From Candidatus Shapirobacteria bacterium (GTDB taxonomy: Bacteria; Patescibacteriota; Microgenomatia; UBA12405), in contig JALHFY010000001.1 in the NCBI GenBank assembly GCA_022837635.1, positions 234,202 to 298,201 of the forward strand: a DNA stretch of 64,000 nt, in the 5' to 3' direction. Below the pieces are notes generated by a model. That model was not told the DNA's origin and searched no databases. It saw nothing but the letters and a program-made list of their open reading frames with translations. Below, piece after piece: positions 37,932 to 47,579 of this stretch. A program made the position numbers and the translations under genes. Position 1 is the stretch's first letter; every line of letters begins with the position of its first letter.

Positions 37932-38960
37932 ATGAAGAATACTATGGTAACAGTTTTAATGCCTGTTTATAACGGTGAGAGGTACTTAAAAGAGTCTATT
38001 GAAAGTATATTAAGTCAAACATATAAGAATTTTGAATTTTTAATTATTGATGATGGTTCAACTGATAATAGTTCAAATATTATTGATTCATTTAATGATA
38101 AGCGTATTCGTAAAATATCAAACAAAGTAAATCTTGGACTAGTGAAAAGTTTAAATAAAGGTCTAAGACTTGCGTGTGGCAAATATATTGTCCGAATGGA
38201 TAGTGATGATTTGAGTGAGAAAAATAGAATTGAGAAACAGGTTGAATATATGGAAAATAATCTTGATGTTGCTGTTTTGGGAAGTGCCGTAAGGTTGATT
38301 GATGAAAATAACCAATTGGGTAGAAATATAGTTTATCCGCTTCGATATATTGATATTCTTTGGAGTTTATACTTTGGATCACCACTAGCACACCCATCTG
38401 TTATTATGAGAAGTTCGGTTGTGAAGAAAATTGGTGGTTATGGTTCTACTAAAATAGCAACAAATAGGGAAAAATATTCTGTAGAAGATTTTGATTTGTG
38501 GTTTAGATTATCAAAAGTATCTAAATTAATTAATTTAGATACTTGTTTATTAAAATTGAGAAAACATAATAAAAATTTAACAGTTGTAAATAGAGATGAG
38601 CACTTAACTAATACAGGGCTCATTATCAAACATAACTTAATGCATGATCTTGGAATCAATATAAGTGAAGAGATGGCGATAGGATTAACTTTATTGAGAA
38701 TGGATAATAAATTTGATTATATTAAATTGATAGAATTAGTTAATAATATATATAAAAAATTTATTAACGCTAGAAAGAATATGATGACAAAAGACGACAT
38801 AAATATTATTAAAGATAATAAAACCTCGAAGATTATTTTAATAGGTTTTAATACTAATAATATTTTTATTGTTTTTAAGATTATTTTTATTGAATTTTTA
38901 AAAAATCCGACTTATTTATACAGAAAATTGTTAAGTAAAATATTCCATGAAAGTACTTAG
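37932..38960 (+). CDS. Glycosyltransferase family 2
   Basis: VTVLMPVYNGERYLKESIESILSQTYKNFEFLIIDDGSTDNS...VRMDSDDL (DxD). Confidence 0.8.
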   Translation: MKNTMVTVLMPVYNGERYLKESIESILSQTYKNFEFLIIDDGSTDNSSNIIDSFNDKRIRKISNKVNLGLVKSLNKGLRLACGKYIVRMDSDDLSEKNRIEKQVEYMENNLDVAVLGSAVRLIDENNQLGRNIVYPLRYIDILWSLYFGSPLAHPSVIMRSSVVKKIGGYGSTKIATNREKYSVEDFDLWFRLSKVSKLINLDTCLLKLRKHNKNLTVVNRDEHLTNTGLIIKHNLMHDLGINISEEMAIGLTLLRMDNKFDYIKLIELVNNIYKKFINARKNMMTKDDINIIKDNKTSKIILIGFNTNNIFIVFKIIFIEFLKNPTYLYRKLLSKIFHEST

Positions 38961-40161
38961 TGTGAATACTACAAAAGTTGGGGGGGCGGCAGTAGTGGCT
39001 AGAAGACTAAATCAGGTATTTAAGAGTGGTGGAATTAATTTAGAAACAGTAACTTTGAATGATACCGTTTTTGATAAATTAATTGGTATTTTGAGTGTTA
39101 TGGAACAAAAATTTTGGCCAATGCTGATGAAAACGAAGAACATTGTTTATCACTCCCCTGCCATGTTCTCTCGTGGAATTGAAGATTATCTCAGATTGTT
39201 TAATCCAGATATTGTCCATTTACATTGGATAAATAAAGGATTAATGAAACCAGAAGATTTATTAACAATAAGAAAGCCAATTATTTGGACAATGCATGAT
39301 ATGTGGCCATTTTGTGGAGCAGAGCATCATACTAATGAGAGTAGATTTATTAATGGTTATTCTAAAAATAATAGGCCAAAAAATGAAAGTGGAATTGACA
39401 TAAATAGATTTGTCTGGATGAGGAAGGTTAGTGTATATAAAGAATTAAACGATATTATTTTTATTTGTCCGAGCTTATGGTTATACAATTTAGCAAAAAA
39501 GAGTTTTCTTTTGAAAGATAAAAGAGTCCAATATATACCTAATGGTGTTGATTCAAAAGTGTTTTTTTCTATTAATAAGAATATGGCAAAAATTTCTTTA
39601 GGTTTACCAAAAAATAAGAAAATATTACTTTTAGGTTCTGCTTTTATTGACGGAGATAGAAATAAACAAAATGATGTTTTTCTTAAAATATTAGAGTATG
39701 TAAAGGATTTAAAAAATGATTTTATGGTAATAACTTTGGGTTCTGGTGATACATCTAGTTTTAATAAGGTGTTTAGAGAACTTGGAGTTAGAGTAAAACA
39801 TTTTGGTTTCATAAGTAAAGAGAAGGTATTGAATAAAATTTATAATGCTTCGGACATATTTTTAATGTTTTCAAGACATGAAAATATGCCTACCATGTTG
39901 ATTGAGTCGATGGCTTGCGGAACTCCTGCAATTGCGTTTTCAATTGGCGGTATTCCAGAGATTATTGAAAGTGATAGGTATGGATACTTAATCAAACCTT
40001 TTGATTATATTGAGTATGGGAAAAAACTCCGAAAGTTCATTTTAGGTGATAATCTATTTGATAGAAAATTCATTACTAAAAGTATAATGAAAAAATACGA
40101 TATTGAAAAAACAAAAAAACTATATCTTAAAGTTTTTGATTCTCTAGTAAAAAGAAATTAG
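38947..40161 (+). CDS. Glycosyltransferase family 4
   Basis: ENMPTMLIESMACGTPAIAFSIGGIPEIIESDRYGYLI. Last gene of the long plus-strand run. Confidence 0.7.
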   Translation: MKVLSVNTTKVGGAAVVARRLNQVFKSGGINLETVTLNDTVFDKLIGILSVMEQKFWPMLMKTKNIVYHSPAMFSRGIEDYLRLFNPDIVHLHWINKGLMKPEDLLTIRKPIIWTMHDMWPFCGAEHHTNESRFINGYSKNNRPKNESGIDINRFVWMRKVSVYKELNDIIFICPSLWLYNLAKKSFLLKDKRVQYIPNGVDSKVFFSINKNMAKISLGLPKNKKILLLGSAFIDGDRNKQNDVFLKILEYVKDLKNDFMVITLGSGDTSSFNKVFRELGVRVKHFGFISKEKVLNKIYNASDIFLMFSRHENMPTMLIESMACGTPAIAFSIGGIPEIIESDRYGYLIKPFDYIEYGKKLRKFILGDNLFDRKFITKSIMKKYDIEKTKKLYLKVFDSLVKRN

Positions 40162-40574
40162 TCTATAGTTTGAAGAAATACTGAGAAAGAATGGTAACAA
40201 AAAGGAAATTGCAAGTGTAAATATGGCTGAAATATTTTTTGATTTCCACAAGTTATTTATTTTTTACCTTTTATTTTGTAAAGAATCAGTATTAATAATG
40301 TTGAAGCTAAAGTAACTATTATTGAGAATTTGAAATAAAATGAGAGACGAGTGATGTAGTATAAATCTGAATTCTAACTTGGAACAATGTTTTTTATTAG
40401 GATATATACTGATGAGATATTATTTTTGATATATAAAAAGTACAAAGTGAGATATGACGAAAGAAAAATGAGTAGGTATTGAATTGATTATTAAAAACAA
40501 GACTGGGATGAGGGAGAAGAACAGCAGAAAAGGTAAAAATGAGAGATAATAGGTAATCATTTAATATAAATTAT
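40162..40574. other. Unusually long (~410 bp) AT-rich non-coding spacer between same-strand GT genes
   Basis: No ORF longer than ~30 aa on either strand, in a locus where neighbouring genes otherwise overlap. A-rich runs (aaaaaggaaa, gaaagaaaaatgag, gagaagaacagcagaaaaggtaaaaatgagagataatagg). Function unknown (promoter/leader, small RNA, or decayed gene). Confidence 0.3.
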
Positions 40575-41441
40575 ATGAAATTTTCTATTGTAACTCCTTG
40601 TTTTAATGCTGAAAAATTTATAAGGAAAACTATTGATAGTGTAATTTTACAAGAGGGTGATTTTGAAATTGAATACATCATTATTGATGGAAAATCTTCC
40701 GATAAAACAATTCAAATTATAGGTGATTATATTAAAAAGCTGTCTAGTAAGAAAATAAATATCAGATGTAAAGGTGTTAAGATGTCGTATATTTCCGAAA
40801 AAGATAAAGGTATGTACGATGCTTTAAGTAAGGGATTTTTGAAAATTTCTGGAGATGTTGTTGCATATATAAATGCAGATGATTTTTACCAAGATTTAGC
40901 CTTTGATACAGTTAGAAATATTATGAATAAGTATAGTGATATTAAATGGATAACAGGTATGCAAGTGTTGTATTCTTCAAGGAATCAGATAATTGATGCT
41001 TCATTACCTTGCAGATATAAGAGAAATTTAATAAAAAGAGGTTATTATGGTTATTTCTTGCCATTTATTCAACAAGAGTCAACTTTTTGGAGAAAAGAAT
41101 TACTTAAGTCGGTTGATCTTAAAAAACTGTCAAATTGTAAATTGGCAGGCGATTTTTATTTATGGAAGTGTTTTGCTAATAAGTATGATTTAGATGTGGT
41201 GCAATGTATCTTGGGTGGTTTTAGAAGATTGAAGCAACAAAAAAGTACCAACAAAAAGAACTATTATACTGAAATGTTTTCTATCTCTGATTCTAAGAAT
41301 CTAATTTCTTTTATGGATGCAATTTTAGAGATTTTTCCAAGTTTTTTTGTTCTAAATAAAATGAAGAAATATATCAATAAAAATATGGTTTACTTTGATA
41401 CAAATAATGATGAATGGATGCGAAGAATAGATTTTACTTGA
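40575..41441 (+). CDS. Glycosyltransferase family 2
   Basis: MKFSIVTPCFNAEKFIRKTIDSVILQEGDFEIEYIIIDGKSSDKT...YINADDF. Confidence 0.75.
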   Translation: MKFSIVTPCFNAEKFIRKTIDSVILQEGDFEIEYIIIDGKSSDKTIQIIGDYIKKLSSKKINIRCKGVKMSYISEKDKGMYDALSKGFLKISGDVVAYINADDFYQDLAFDTVRNIMNKYSDIKWITGMQVLYSSRNQIIDASLPCRYKRNLIKRGYYGYFLPFIQQESTFWRKELLKSVDLKKLSNCKLAGDFYLWKCFANKYDLDVVQCILGGFRRLKQQKSTNKKNYYTEMFSISDSKNLISFMDAILEIFPSFFVLNKMKKYINKNMVYFDTNNDEWMRRIDFT

Positions 41442-42207
41442 GATGTTTGTAGCTTGTATTTACTAAAATTTTACCGAAATTGTGGAGAATTTTTAGAATA
41501 ATATTTGAGGTGTTCTGGTTAAAGATTTGCCAGTCTTCTTTGAATTGTTTTTGGTAGCCCGTATTACCTTTGGAATTTGGTTGAATACGAAAGACAGAAA
41601 GATTATCGTAAAGGCGGCCAGGCAGGCTGTGTTTTTGACAACGAAGCCAATAATCATAGTCGAAAGCATATTGATAATCTGAATTAAATAAGCCAACTTT
41701 ATCGACTAATTTTCTTCTAAGAAAAACTGATGGTTGATTGATAGTATTAAAGACTAAGAGAGCGGATTTGAAAATTTGAATTGGCCAGATGTGTTTTAAC
41801 CAAAAAGTCCAATTAAATTTTTTATCTGAAACCTGACAATTGCCGACAAGCCACTCTTTTTGGGGATGAGTATTGAAATAAGTTAAAATTTTTTTTAAGG
41901 AATTCGGAAAATAATAGTCATCGGAATTTATGTAGGCGATAATATCGCCTGTAGTTTTGATAAGTGCTTGATTGAGAGCGTCAACCTGACCTTTATCTCT
42001 TTTTGATTGCCAGAAAAATTTGATTCTTTGATTATGATGGAGTAATTTTGAATATTTTTGAAGGATATTGACAGTATTATCAGTTGAACCTCCGTCCATA
42101 ACAAAGTACTCGATATCAAAATTACCTTGTTGTTCGATAACACTTTTAATAGTTTGTTCAATATATTTGCCTTGATTAAAAGATGGAGTAATAATAGAAA
42201 ATTTCAT
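41434..42207 (-). CDS. Glycosyltransferase family 2 (paralog of 40575-41441, convergent)
   Basis: MKFSIITPSFNQGKYIEQTIKSVIEQQGNFDIEYFVMDGGSTDNT...YINSDDY. The N-terminal ~50 aa are near-identical in pattern to the convergent neighbour, and the 3' ends overlap by 8 nt. Confidence 0.75.
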   Translation of the reverse strand: MKFSIITPSFNQGKYIEQTIKSVIEQQGNFDIEYFVMDGGSTDNTVNILQKYSKLLHHNQRIKFFWQSKRDKGQVDALNQALIKTTGDIIAYINSDDYYFPNSLKKILTYFNTHPQKEWLVGNCQVSDKKFNWTFWLKHIWPIQIFKSALLVFNTINQPSVFLRRKLVDKVGLFNSDYQYAFDYDYWLRCQKHSLPGRLYDNLSVFRIQPNSKGNTGYQKQFKEDWQIFNQNTSNIILKILHNFGKILVNTSYKHLK

Positions 42208-42263
42208 GTCGAAACTTTAGTTATTATAACTGTTTTTATAATATATTTAGGTATAATTGATTA

Positions 42264-44018
42264 ATGAAGTTTAGGTTTATTTCTATAGAGGTTTTTATTT
42301 TAATTTTTATTGTTATTTTAGGTTTGTTTCAGGTATTTATCATTCCTCCATTTCAAAAACCAGATGAGGTCATTCATTTTAAGCGCAGTAGTGCAATCAT
42401 GGTAAATGGTAGATGCTTAAATCAAAGTCGATATATTAGTTTTCCAGACAAGGTAGATGCGTTGAAATTAGCTCATAAATTTGAGGAAAAATTTATGGTT
42501 GAAAATGTGTTTTATAAGGATGAAAACAAAGGGAAGGAAATATTTGCTTATGATAAAGATTGGAACAGTTATATCACCTATTTTCCTAGTTACTTAGGAA
42601 TATGGTTGGGTGGTTTAAGTGATTATCCAGCATGGGCATTCTATGAAGGGAGACTGGCAGGATTTTTATTTTTTATGATTTGTTTTGCTTTGGCTATAAA
42701 ATTGGCTGGGAAATATAAATGGTTTATATATGGATATGCAGTATTGCCAATGGTGTTACAGCAATCAACTATTGTAGGTTATGATGTAATGCTCTATAGC
42801 TTAGCACCGGTGATTTTTGGGTTGACAGTAAATTTACTTGAAAGAAAAAAAATGAATTGGAAAATGTTTATAGGACTGGCGGTATCGACTTTATTATATA
42901 TTTTGGTTAAACCTGGATATTATTTGATGGTATTGCTACCAATGGTTGTTTTATGGATGAAAACAAAGAAATATATTCTGAGAAAGCCGATAATAATGAT
43001 GATTATAGCTTTAGTAGCGGTGACGATTGGATTTTTCTTTGTTAAAAAAATGATGGTTTTTACTGATTACAATGGTGAAAAGTTAATTATTGGAAAATAT
43101 CAAATGGAAATACTCAAGCATGATCCAGGATATTTTTTAAGAGTCTTGAGGGATACTTGGGAGGCAAAGAGAGTGTTTTATATCGAAAGTAGTTTGGGTT
43201 ATTTTGGTTGGCTTGATTATAAATATGATTTATATGGATATTTATTAGTTTTTGGACTTTTTCTTTATCTGTCTACAAGGAGTTTTAAGCTTGTCAAAAA
43301 AAACACTTTAGACAAGTTAAGTATTATTTTAATTTTAGGAATAATTCTGGGAACTTATGTGCTAATTCATTTTATGTTTTGGTTATACTGGACAGAGGTA
43401 GGGTCGAGTGTAGTTGAGGGGGTGCAAGGAAGATACTTGTTGCCCTTAGTACTTTTTTTAGTTTGGTTAATTTTAGAAATTAAATTAAATTTAGGAAAGA
43501 ATACAGTCAAGATCTTATTTTTAAGTCTTTTATTGTTATTGGTTGGAATTGATACTTATGAAATAATCTATGAGCGTTATTATGATTTTTCAAAAAACAT
43601 TGTAAATGCCGATGAATTGGCAGAAGAAATACAGAATTTGAGAGATAACGAAGAACCTTTAGTAAAAATTGATTCTAGAGATAGAATGATTAAGTATTTT
43701 GATACGTCATGGGAGGATAAAATAATTGGGTTTCAAATTGTCATAGAGAAAGATGATGTTTTAATCCAAGTTCCTTATCGATATAAAATTATGGACGAAG
43801 ATGGTAAAAAAGTGTTTTTGTCGGGTTATCTAACTCAAAAGAAACTACAGGATAGTGGTGTTTATGAATCGACTTTTAATAAAGCTTTTAAGCCTAAAGG
43901 AAAAGTAATTGCGTTGTTGATTGAACCGGTGGTGATGAATGAAAGTGAAAAATATTTTAGTTATTTATCCTTATATGACGAAATTCAGGCGAGACTACTG
44001 TTTATGAAGCCTAATTAG
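42264..44018 (+). CDS. Polytopic membrane protein, putative GT-C-like glycosyltransferase (DUF2142-like)
   Basis: 584 aa. TM1 is followed directly by the acidic motif PPFQKPDEVIHFKRS, which sits where GT-C enzymes carry their DE/DD motif. About 10 TM helices, then a ~150 aa soluble C-terminal domain. Confidence 0.35.
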   Translation: MKFRFISIEVFILIFIVILGLFQVFIIPPFQKPDEVIHFKRSSAIMVNGRCLNQSRYISFPDKVDALKLAHKFEEKFMVENVFYKDENKGKEIFAYDKDWNSYITYFPSYLGIWLGGLSDYPAWAFYEGRLAGFLFFMICFALAIKLAGKYKWFIYGYAVLPMVLQQSTIVGYDVMLYSLAPVIFGLTVNLLERKKMNWKMFIGLAVSTLLYILVKPGYYLMVLLPMVVLWMKTKKYILRKPIIMMIIALVAVTIGFFFVKKMMVFTDYNGEKLIIGKYQMEILKHDPGYFLRVLRDTWEAKRVFYIESSLGYFGWLDYKYDLYGYLLVFGLFLYLSTRSFKLVKKNTLDKLSIILILGIILGTYVLIHFMFWLYWTEVGSSVVEGVQGRYLLPLVLFLVWLILEIKLNLGKNTVKILFLSLLLLLVGIDTYEIIYERYYDFSKNIVNADELAEEIQNLRDNEEPLVKIDSRDRMIKYFDTSWEDKIIGFQIVIEKDDVLIQVPYRYKIMDEDGKKVFLSGYLTQKKLQDSGVYESTFNKAFKPKGKVIALLIEPVVMNESEKYFSYLSLYDEIQARLLFMKPN

Positions 44019-44939
44019 AGATTGGAGATAAAACTGATAGGGTAAAATAGTCTTTTGATTATTAATTGACCAGATACCTAAATAGCGGCTTTGTTTGATA
44101 TTTCCTTTGATTTTACGAGTATGTAAATCATATTGAAGTACTTTTTTTTGAATTTTACTAATGACTGATTGTTGTCGGCTCATACCTTCTAAAGAAGAGG
44201 TAGAGGTACTGGAGAGGCGCCAGCTATACAGAATTTTTGGCAGATGAATGATATTTTCGGGTGATAAAATGTTTGTAGCTCGAAGAAGCAAATCCCAGTC
44301 TTGGGCTAGATCAGTCCCCTCTCGGAGATAATTTAGTTTTTTAAGGGTTGGTCGGTGAATGAGTGTGAGATGATTTATGTAATTAGTTTGACGGAGTAGA
44401 TTGAAGTCAAAATCTGACTTTAGAAAGGGATCAAAGTGATGATTTGATTCATTTATTTTGTCTTGATCAGTATAGATTAATTTACAGTGAGGATTCTGAT
44501 TAATTGTATGAACAGCTTCTAAGAGAGCATTTGGCCATAGATAGTCATCATGATCAAGAAAGGCGACCCAATCACCATGGCATTTTTTAAGACCTCTATT
44601 AGTTGCTTTGACAATATTTAAGTTTTTGGAATTGAGAAGTATTTTTATTTTAGGATTAGTAGAATATGATTCTAAAAGTTGGCTAATATAAGGATTATTT
44701 GAATAGTCGTCAATAAGGATTAATTGCCAATTTTGATAACTTTGGTTGATGATTGAGTCAAGACAGAATTTGAGCCAGGATATTTTGGGTTTATAGATAG
44801 GAACAACTATATTGATTAAAGGAGATGATTCTAATTGATGTTTGTTTTGATGAAGAAGATGAGGATATTTATATTGATAATATAAATTTAGAAAAAAATG
44901 AAAAGTTATTTCTAAAAGTTTTTGTAGATAAGGATTCAT
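43995..44939 (-). CDS. Glycosyltransferase family 2
   Basis: INIVVPIYKPKISWLKFCLDSIINQSYQNWQLILIDDYSN...AFLDHDDY. Confidence 0.75.
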   Translation of the reverse strand: MNPYLQKLLEITFHFFLNLYYQYKYPHLLHQNKHQLESSPLINIVVPIYKPKISWLKFCLDSIINQSYQNWQLILIDDYSNNPYISQLLESYSTNPKIKILLNSKNLNIVKATNRGLKKCHGDWVAFLDHDDYLWPNALLEAVHTINQNPHCKLIYTDQDKINESNHHFDPFLKSDFDFNLLRQTNYINHLTLIHRPTLKKLNYLREGTDLAQDWDLLLRATNILSPENIIHLPKILYSWRLSSTSTSSLEGMSRQQSVISKIQKKVLQYDLHTRKIKGNIKQSRYLGIWSINNQKTILPYQFYLQSLIRLHKQ

Positions 44940-45097
44940 TTAAGAACTTTTTGAAATAATCTAGTGAGAAAATGGGGTTTATCGAGAGTAAGTCGAAGGA
45001 CTCGATTGGTTTCTATTTCTTTGGCGAGTAAAGAACGGAGTCGAAGATTTTCATTTTCGAGACGAATTATTTTTTGAGAGATATTTTTTGTAGTCAT
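44936..45097 (-). CDS. Small ORF (53 aa) with coiled-coil character, translationally coupled to the downstream GT2
   Basis: Hand-translated minus strand: MTTKNISQKIIRLENENLRLRSLLAKEIETNRVLRLTLDKPHFLTRLFQKVLK. Its TGA overlaps the ATG of 43995-44939 (ATGA junction). Below the size cut-off of the supplied ORF track. Confidence 0.3.
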   Translation of the reverse strand: MTTKNISQKIIRLENENLRLRSLLAKEIETNRVLRLTLDKPHFLTRLFQKVLK

Positions 45098-45101
45098 TTA
45101 C

Positions 45102-46016
45102 TTGTTAAGATATGATAACAATAATATGATTAAGAGAATATATCTTGAAGATCATAATCAGGTATTGGAGGGTATTCGGAATAGTTTTGATGTTGTAGAT
45201 AATTGGATGGAGGCAGAAGCGGTGGTGGTATGGCAGGATATTCGAGGCGAGTTGGTTCAAACTGTAGCGAATGCTAACTTATTAGGAATACCAACAATAG
45301 TAATGCAACATGGTCTTCGAGCAAGTCGAGAATATTCTAGTGATTTTGGAAAAGTATTGTTAGCAAAAAAAATTATGGTCTGGGGACCAAAAGATAAAGA
45401 AAGAGTAATGAGTGGTGGAGTTGAGCCAGAGAGAATTGAAGTAACAGGAACAATAATTTTTGATTCACTAAAGACGGTTGAAACACATGAAGAAAAAAAT
45501 GTTTTATTTGTGCCTTTACATTGGGATAAAGAAATTAGAGAAAATTTTGAGGTGGCTGAGAAATTAGCTTTAATTAAAGGAATTAATGTTCGAACAAAAT
45601 TGATTGAAGGTCAAAGAAAGAATCATTATCAAAATGTAATTAGAAGTAATCGGGATAAAGTAGGACATCTGGAGATTATTAGTGAGATTTTAAGAACTAC
45701 TGATTTGGTAGTTAGTTTAAGTGAAAGTACTTTGGAATTTATGGCCTATTATTTAGATATACCTGTAATTACTGTGAATAATTGGAAACCAAAATATTTT
45801 TTGGATACTTATATTGAAAGTATTAATAAATACTTTAGTGGTGCGAACATAGAAACAAATTTAGATGATTTAGAAAAAACAATTTTTTGGGTATTGAATA
45901 ATAGACAGATCAAATCCAAAGAAAGGAAAAAAGCTTTGTACGAGGAGGCAGGGATTGGTTTTAGGAAAATGAATGCGAGAAAAAAGATAATTGAGGTAAT
46001 TAGAAACTTGGGTTAG
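45102..46016 (+). CDS. Hypothetical protein, possible GT-B-fold polysaccharide biosynthesis enzyme
   Basis: 304 aa. Called with a TTG start at 45102 (alternative ATG at 45123: MIKRIYLED...). No confident motif. Weak resemblance to surface-carbohydrate biosynthesis / glycerophosphotransferase-like GT-B proteins. Confidence 0.25.
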   Translation: MLRYDNNNMIKRIYLEDHNQVLEGIRNSFDVVDNWMEAEAVVVWQDIRGELVQTVANANLLGIPTIVMQHGLRASREYSSDFGKVLLAKKIMVWGPKDKERVMSGGVEPERIEVTGTIIFDSLKTVETHEEKNVLFVPLHWDKEIRENFEVAEKLALIKGINVRTKLIEGQRKNHYQNVIRSNRDKVGHLEIISEILRTTDLVVSLSESTLEFMAYYLDIPVITVNNWKPKYFLDTYIESINKYFSGANIETNLDDLEKTIFWVLNNRQIKSKERKKALYEEAGIGFRKMNARKKIIEVIRNLG

Positions 46017-46821
46017 TTTTTTCCTTGAGGTATTGTTGACAAATTTGAATAGGTGAACCATCAGCGATGAGTTTTGAGTGACTAATTAGAAGACAGCGAG
46101 AGCAGAATTTGATAACAGTATCAAGATCATGAGAGACGTAGAGAATAGTTACCCCATTCTTTTTGAATTCTTCCATTTTTTGGAAACATTTTTGTTGAAA
46201 ATTTGGGTCGCCAACAGCGAGAATTTCATCAATAATGAGAATATCGGGATGGGTATGAATGGCGACAGAAAAGCCAAGTCGCATGTACATACCTGAAGAA
46301 AAGAATTTAATTGGCTGATCAATAAATTCCTCTAATTCTGAAAATTTAACAATACTATTAAAATTGTTTTCTATTTCTTTTTGGCTTAGGCCAAGAATGG
46401 CACCGTTTAGGAAGATATTTTCTCGAGCGGTGAGCTCAGGGTGAAAACCAGCACCTAATTCAATTAAAGGAGAGATGCGGCCATTAACATAAACCTTTCC
46501 CTTAGTGGGAGCAGTAACTCCAGCAATAAGTTTTAGAATAGTTGATTTACCACTACCATTTGGACCGATAATCCCGAGAGTTTCCCCACTCTTAACCTTA
46601 AAAGAAATGTTGTCGAGAGCAATGAAATTATTTTTTGTTTGTTCGCCAAGAAAGAGAGCTGGTAAAAATTCCTTAAATGTTTTTTGTTTTTGAAGAGAAA
46701 ATTTTTTGGTTAAATTAGTGAATTTAATGACGGTGTTATTCATATTAAACAATGTCGGCAAAGGTGTTTTCACGCTGCTTAAAATATAGCAAGCCGACAG
46801 ATAAGGTAATAAAAGAAACAA
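46000..46821 (-). CDS. ABC transporter ATP-binding protein (Wzt/TagH-like, no C-terminal extension)
   Basis: Walker A GIIGPNGSGKSTILKLIAG, signature FSSGMYMRLGFSVA, Walker B ILIIDEILAVGD. 273 aa. Confidence 0.8.
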   Translation of the reverse strand: MFLLLPYLSACYILSSVKTPLPTLFNMNNTVIKFTNLTKKFSLQKQKTFKEFLPALFLGEQTKNNFIALDNISFKVKSGETLGIIGPNGSGKSTILKLIAGVTAPTKGKVYVNGRISPLIELGAGFHPELTARENIFLNGAILGLSQKEIENNFNSIVKFSELEEFIDQPIKFFSSGMYMRLGFSVAIHTHPDILIIDEILAVGDPNFQQKCFQKMEEFKKNGVTILYVSHDLDTVIKFCSRCLLISHSKLIADGSPIQICQQYLKEKTNPSF

Positions 46822-47545
46822 TTAGGGCGATAAATAGACTGAATAAATCAGGTGATTTTCCCCCGAGAACTGTTTGCCGATAAGCGTTAACAAAGACACT
46901 CATAGGGTTAAGTTGAAAAATAAATTTAAAGCGATTAGGGACAATATCGGCAGGATAGACAATAGGGGTGATATAGAACCAGAGAGAGATAATCAATGCG
47001 AGTAAGTATTGGATATCTCTATAAATTAGGTTGGCGGCAGCAAAAAATAGAGAAAGACCTAGAGTAAATATTAACTGAGTTAATAGAATGGGAATTACCC
47101 AGAGTAGATTTAAGGTAATTGGAATTTTAAAAAAAATGAAGAATATAATTAAGACTGTTAAAGCAAAAGCAAAATCAATTAATTTGGCGATAATGGTGGA
47201 GATAACAAGAATTGAGCGAGGAAAATATATTTTACGAATTAGTGGTGCGGAATTTACAAGTGACATAGCTGATGAAGTGACTGAAGTAGAAAAGAGGTTC
47301 CAAGGTAGAAGGGCAGTATATAGAAATAAGGTATAAGGGATATGTGAAGCAGAATTAGTGGGAATACGAAGAATAACAGAAAAAGCAAAAGACATAACGA
47401 GCATTTGAGCTAGTGGATTTAATATTACCCAAAAATAACCGAGGATTGATTGCTTGTATCGGGCTTTAATTTCTCGACTGGTCATTTGCCATAAAAGTTC
47501 CCGCCATTTGATGACGCTTTGAAATTCTTGAACTATGGCTAACAT
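46745..47545 (-). CDS. ABC-2 type polysaccharide export permease (Wzm/TagG-like), second copy
   Basis: RYKQSILGYFWVILNPLAQMLVMSFAF ABC-2 signature, 6 TM. Overlaps its cognate ATPase gene. Confidence 0.8.
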   Translation of the reverse strand: MLAIVQEFQSVIKWRELLWQMTSREIKARYKQSILGYFWVILNPLAQMLVMSFAFSVILRIPTNSASHIPYTLFLYTALLPWNLFSTSVTSSAMSLVNSAPLIRKIYFPRSILVISTIIAKLIDFAFALTVLIIFFIFFKIPITLNLLWVIPILLTQLIFTLGLSLFFAAANLIYRDIQYLLALIISLWFYITPIVYPADIVPNRFKFIFQLNPMSVFVNAYRQTVLGGKSPDLFSLFIALIVSFITLSVGLLYFKQRENTFADIV

Positions 47546-47579
47546 GAGTTAGTTTAGCAAATTAAAAAGATAGTTTATA

